From the human T2T-CHM13v2.0 reference genome, Homo sapiens, in assembly GCF_009914755.1 (NCBI RefSeq), contig NC_060941.1: a stretch of 64,000 bases of DNA. One strand, written 5' to 3'. The notes under the pieces were generated by a model, which worked only from the letters and a program-made list of their open reading frames with translations, ran no database searches and was not told the DNA's origin. This document shows, in pieces, positions 61,401 through 64,000 of this stretch (the first letter of the stretch is position 1; every line of letters begins with the position of its first letter). The translations under genes and the position numbers were made by a program.

Positions 61401-62232
61401 TCCAGAGTGTCTGATTCTGGGTCAGATTGGCCTGTTCCCCACTGCAGCTTTATTCATGGAATCAGTCTTCTGACTCACACTTGCTGAAGTCTTCCTGGGT
61501 GCCAGGCATGGGGCAAGGTACCAGGAGCGCAGGCTGATGAGGTCAGGGTCTCTGCCCTCGAGGCATGCACAGCTGAGCCTTTGGGTGGTGACGAATAGAG
61601 TCTGGGTGGTAAGTGATGTGAAATGAAGTTGGTCAGAAACAAAGCAGTGTCCAGGCAGAGTGGGGTGAGAGAAGTCACAGGACCCATGGCCAGACCAGCT
61701 TGTGCTCCTGTCCACTTGTTACTGGATCACCCAGTGGGTGGCCTCTGCCGGCCTCTAGTCTTCCCCTTCCCCCATCATCCTTTACTTAGACAGCCCCCGA
61801 CAGTCAGGCAGGCTGATCTCTGACGCCTCCTCTGCCTCTTATGAGCCGTATAACTCCGGGAAAGCTGCTTATCTTGTCTTCTGAGCCTGTTTTCTCACAT
61901 TAAAAACAAGGATAGGCCCTGTCTCCTAGGGTCATTGTGAAGATTAGAGAAAGCAAACGCTTCAGACGGCGTTTGAGGTGTGTTAATAGCCCAATAATGG
62001 AAACTTTTTATTGGGATGATTTCTGATATCTGGACCCTGCACACCCCTCCCCCAAAATTAATTTCTTAATTTGCTGGAAAAGAAAGCTCATAAAGTAGAT
62101 TACCTGCAAAAGTCCGAGGCCACCCCGTCTGTGGCTTCACTGTATGTCCTACTGCCCTGCAGTTTCACAGGTTCAAACTGGCAATCAAACCACAAGATGC
62201 ATATTTGCCCATCAGGCATCACGCTGACTTAG

Positions 62233-62844
<612 letters not shown>

Positions 62845-64000
62845 TAGGCCTGGCCCACGCCGCCGCCCCCGCTGAGTGACGCAATCGCACCACGGGGCTG
62901 CGCTCCCCACTCTGATGCTCAGGCCCGTGGCCTCACTGGGACGAACGGTGGGTGGGGGGCTCACCCTGGTGCTGCCTCCCGCACAAGGAGACCTGGACAC
63001 AACAGACACACATCACAAGGCGAACACAAATGGACACACATACCTGGCCATGAACCCACACCTCCTCAGACACTCAGACACCACTCCAGGCTCATAGCCC
63101 CGTCTTGATGCAGAGAAGCCACCCACGTGGGGTGTGCCAGGCACCCCCAGATACAAATGCAGCCACGCACAGACGTAACACACAGGTGCCAGGCCGTGTG
63201 CTCCTGGAGGCTGGCTGGCTGTCTCTCTCACACAGATACACGTGCGCTCCCTGGGATCCGGGAGGCCCTGGGCTTCCTGTGTGTAGCCCTGGCATAGACT
63301 TGCTCGTCAGGGTGTTCGACTCTGGGATGCTGGGCCGGGCAGACATTTATGCTCTGAGCAGCAAGGACCATTGGGATGGAGGTGGGCACAAAGACTGCTG
63401 CTTCCAGGGTGTGCGGCCCTGGCCGTGTGTCTGACATCCCATAAATGTGTGTGTGGTGTGACTACGGGCACCACAAACTCCGCAGCCTTGCCTCTCTTTT
63501 CTCTGTGGCTGGGCTGGCTGCACCATGGGCAGGGTTGAGGACTGCCCCCCACCCCGCCCAAGCCAATGCAGACACTGACCTCAAGACCAGCCACACCAAG
63601 TCTGTGCACTGCCCACCACCCCCTTCAACCCCTCCTACACCATGCTCCGGGGCCTGGGGCCTCCTTGCCTGGCTTCTTCCTCCAGCTATCCTCAGGGAAG
63701 CTGGAGATTCAAGTCATGCCCCAGAAGCAAGGTGTAAGCATGGGGGCGTGGGGAAGAGGGCAGGAGCTGAAGTTCCAGGGGAGCCCAGGACCCCTGGGGA
63801 CCTGTACACTAGCAGGATGGGTCTTGGGAGTTGGCATGGGGAGATTGTAAGGGCTGTATCTCCGCGATTACTGGTACTGGTGCTCCACCCATAGGGGCCC
63901 TGTTCTCTCTGGGGTCCCACACTGGGGTCATGAGAGCTAGTTCTCATGAGAGCAGGACCCCTAGGTCTGGTCCTGCCAGCCTGGGATAGGGGTCAATGTA
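62845..64000 (+). other. WSCD1: WSCD1 3' UTR (continues beyond the window)
   Basis: Follows the stop codon; I see no AATAAA or ATTAAA before the window end. Confidence 0.75.

Overview
Human (or great-ape) genomic DNA containing nearly the whole WSCD1 gene (WSC domain-containing 1, reported as a sialate O-sulfotransferase; 17p13.2 from recall) on the + strand. A CpG-island promoter and non-coding exon 1 lie at about 12.4-13.3 kb. Eight coding exons (22860-23286, 30191-30305, 32519-32703, 37300-37421, 51802-51961, 52966-53130, 60171-60371, 62492-62844) splice at GT-AG sites into a 1728-nt ORF (575 aa): type II signal anchor, two WSC domains and a PAPS-dependent sulfotransferase domain. The 3' UTR runs off the window. 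The rest is intron and upstream sequence with 17 Alus, L1/L2/MIR relics, ERV1/MaLR solo LTRs, hAT transposon fossils and microsatellites. Almost all ORFs in the supplied track are spurious. I see no convincing new multi-gene system. The best leads are: a chain of six uORFs with overlapping stop/start junctions; an Alu with a twin-priming-type 5' inversion; a hand-folded RNA three-way junction with hammerhead core words in intron 5; a 1-nt offset between equivalent introns of the two WSC domains; an intronic LTR promoter candidate; and a local duplication that preserves the empty site of a tiny L1 insertion. Repeat subfamily names come from recalled consensus sequences and repeat boundaries are approximate.
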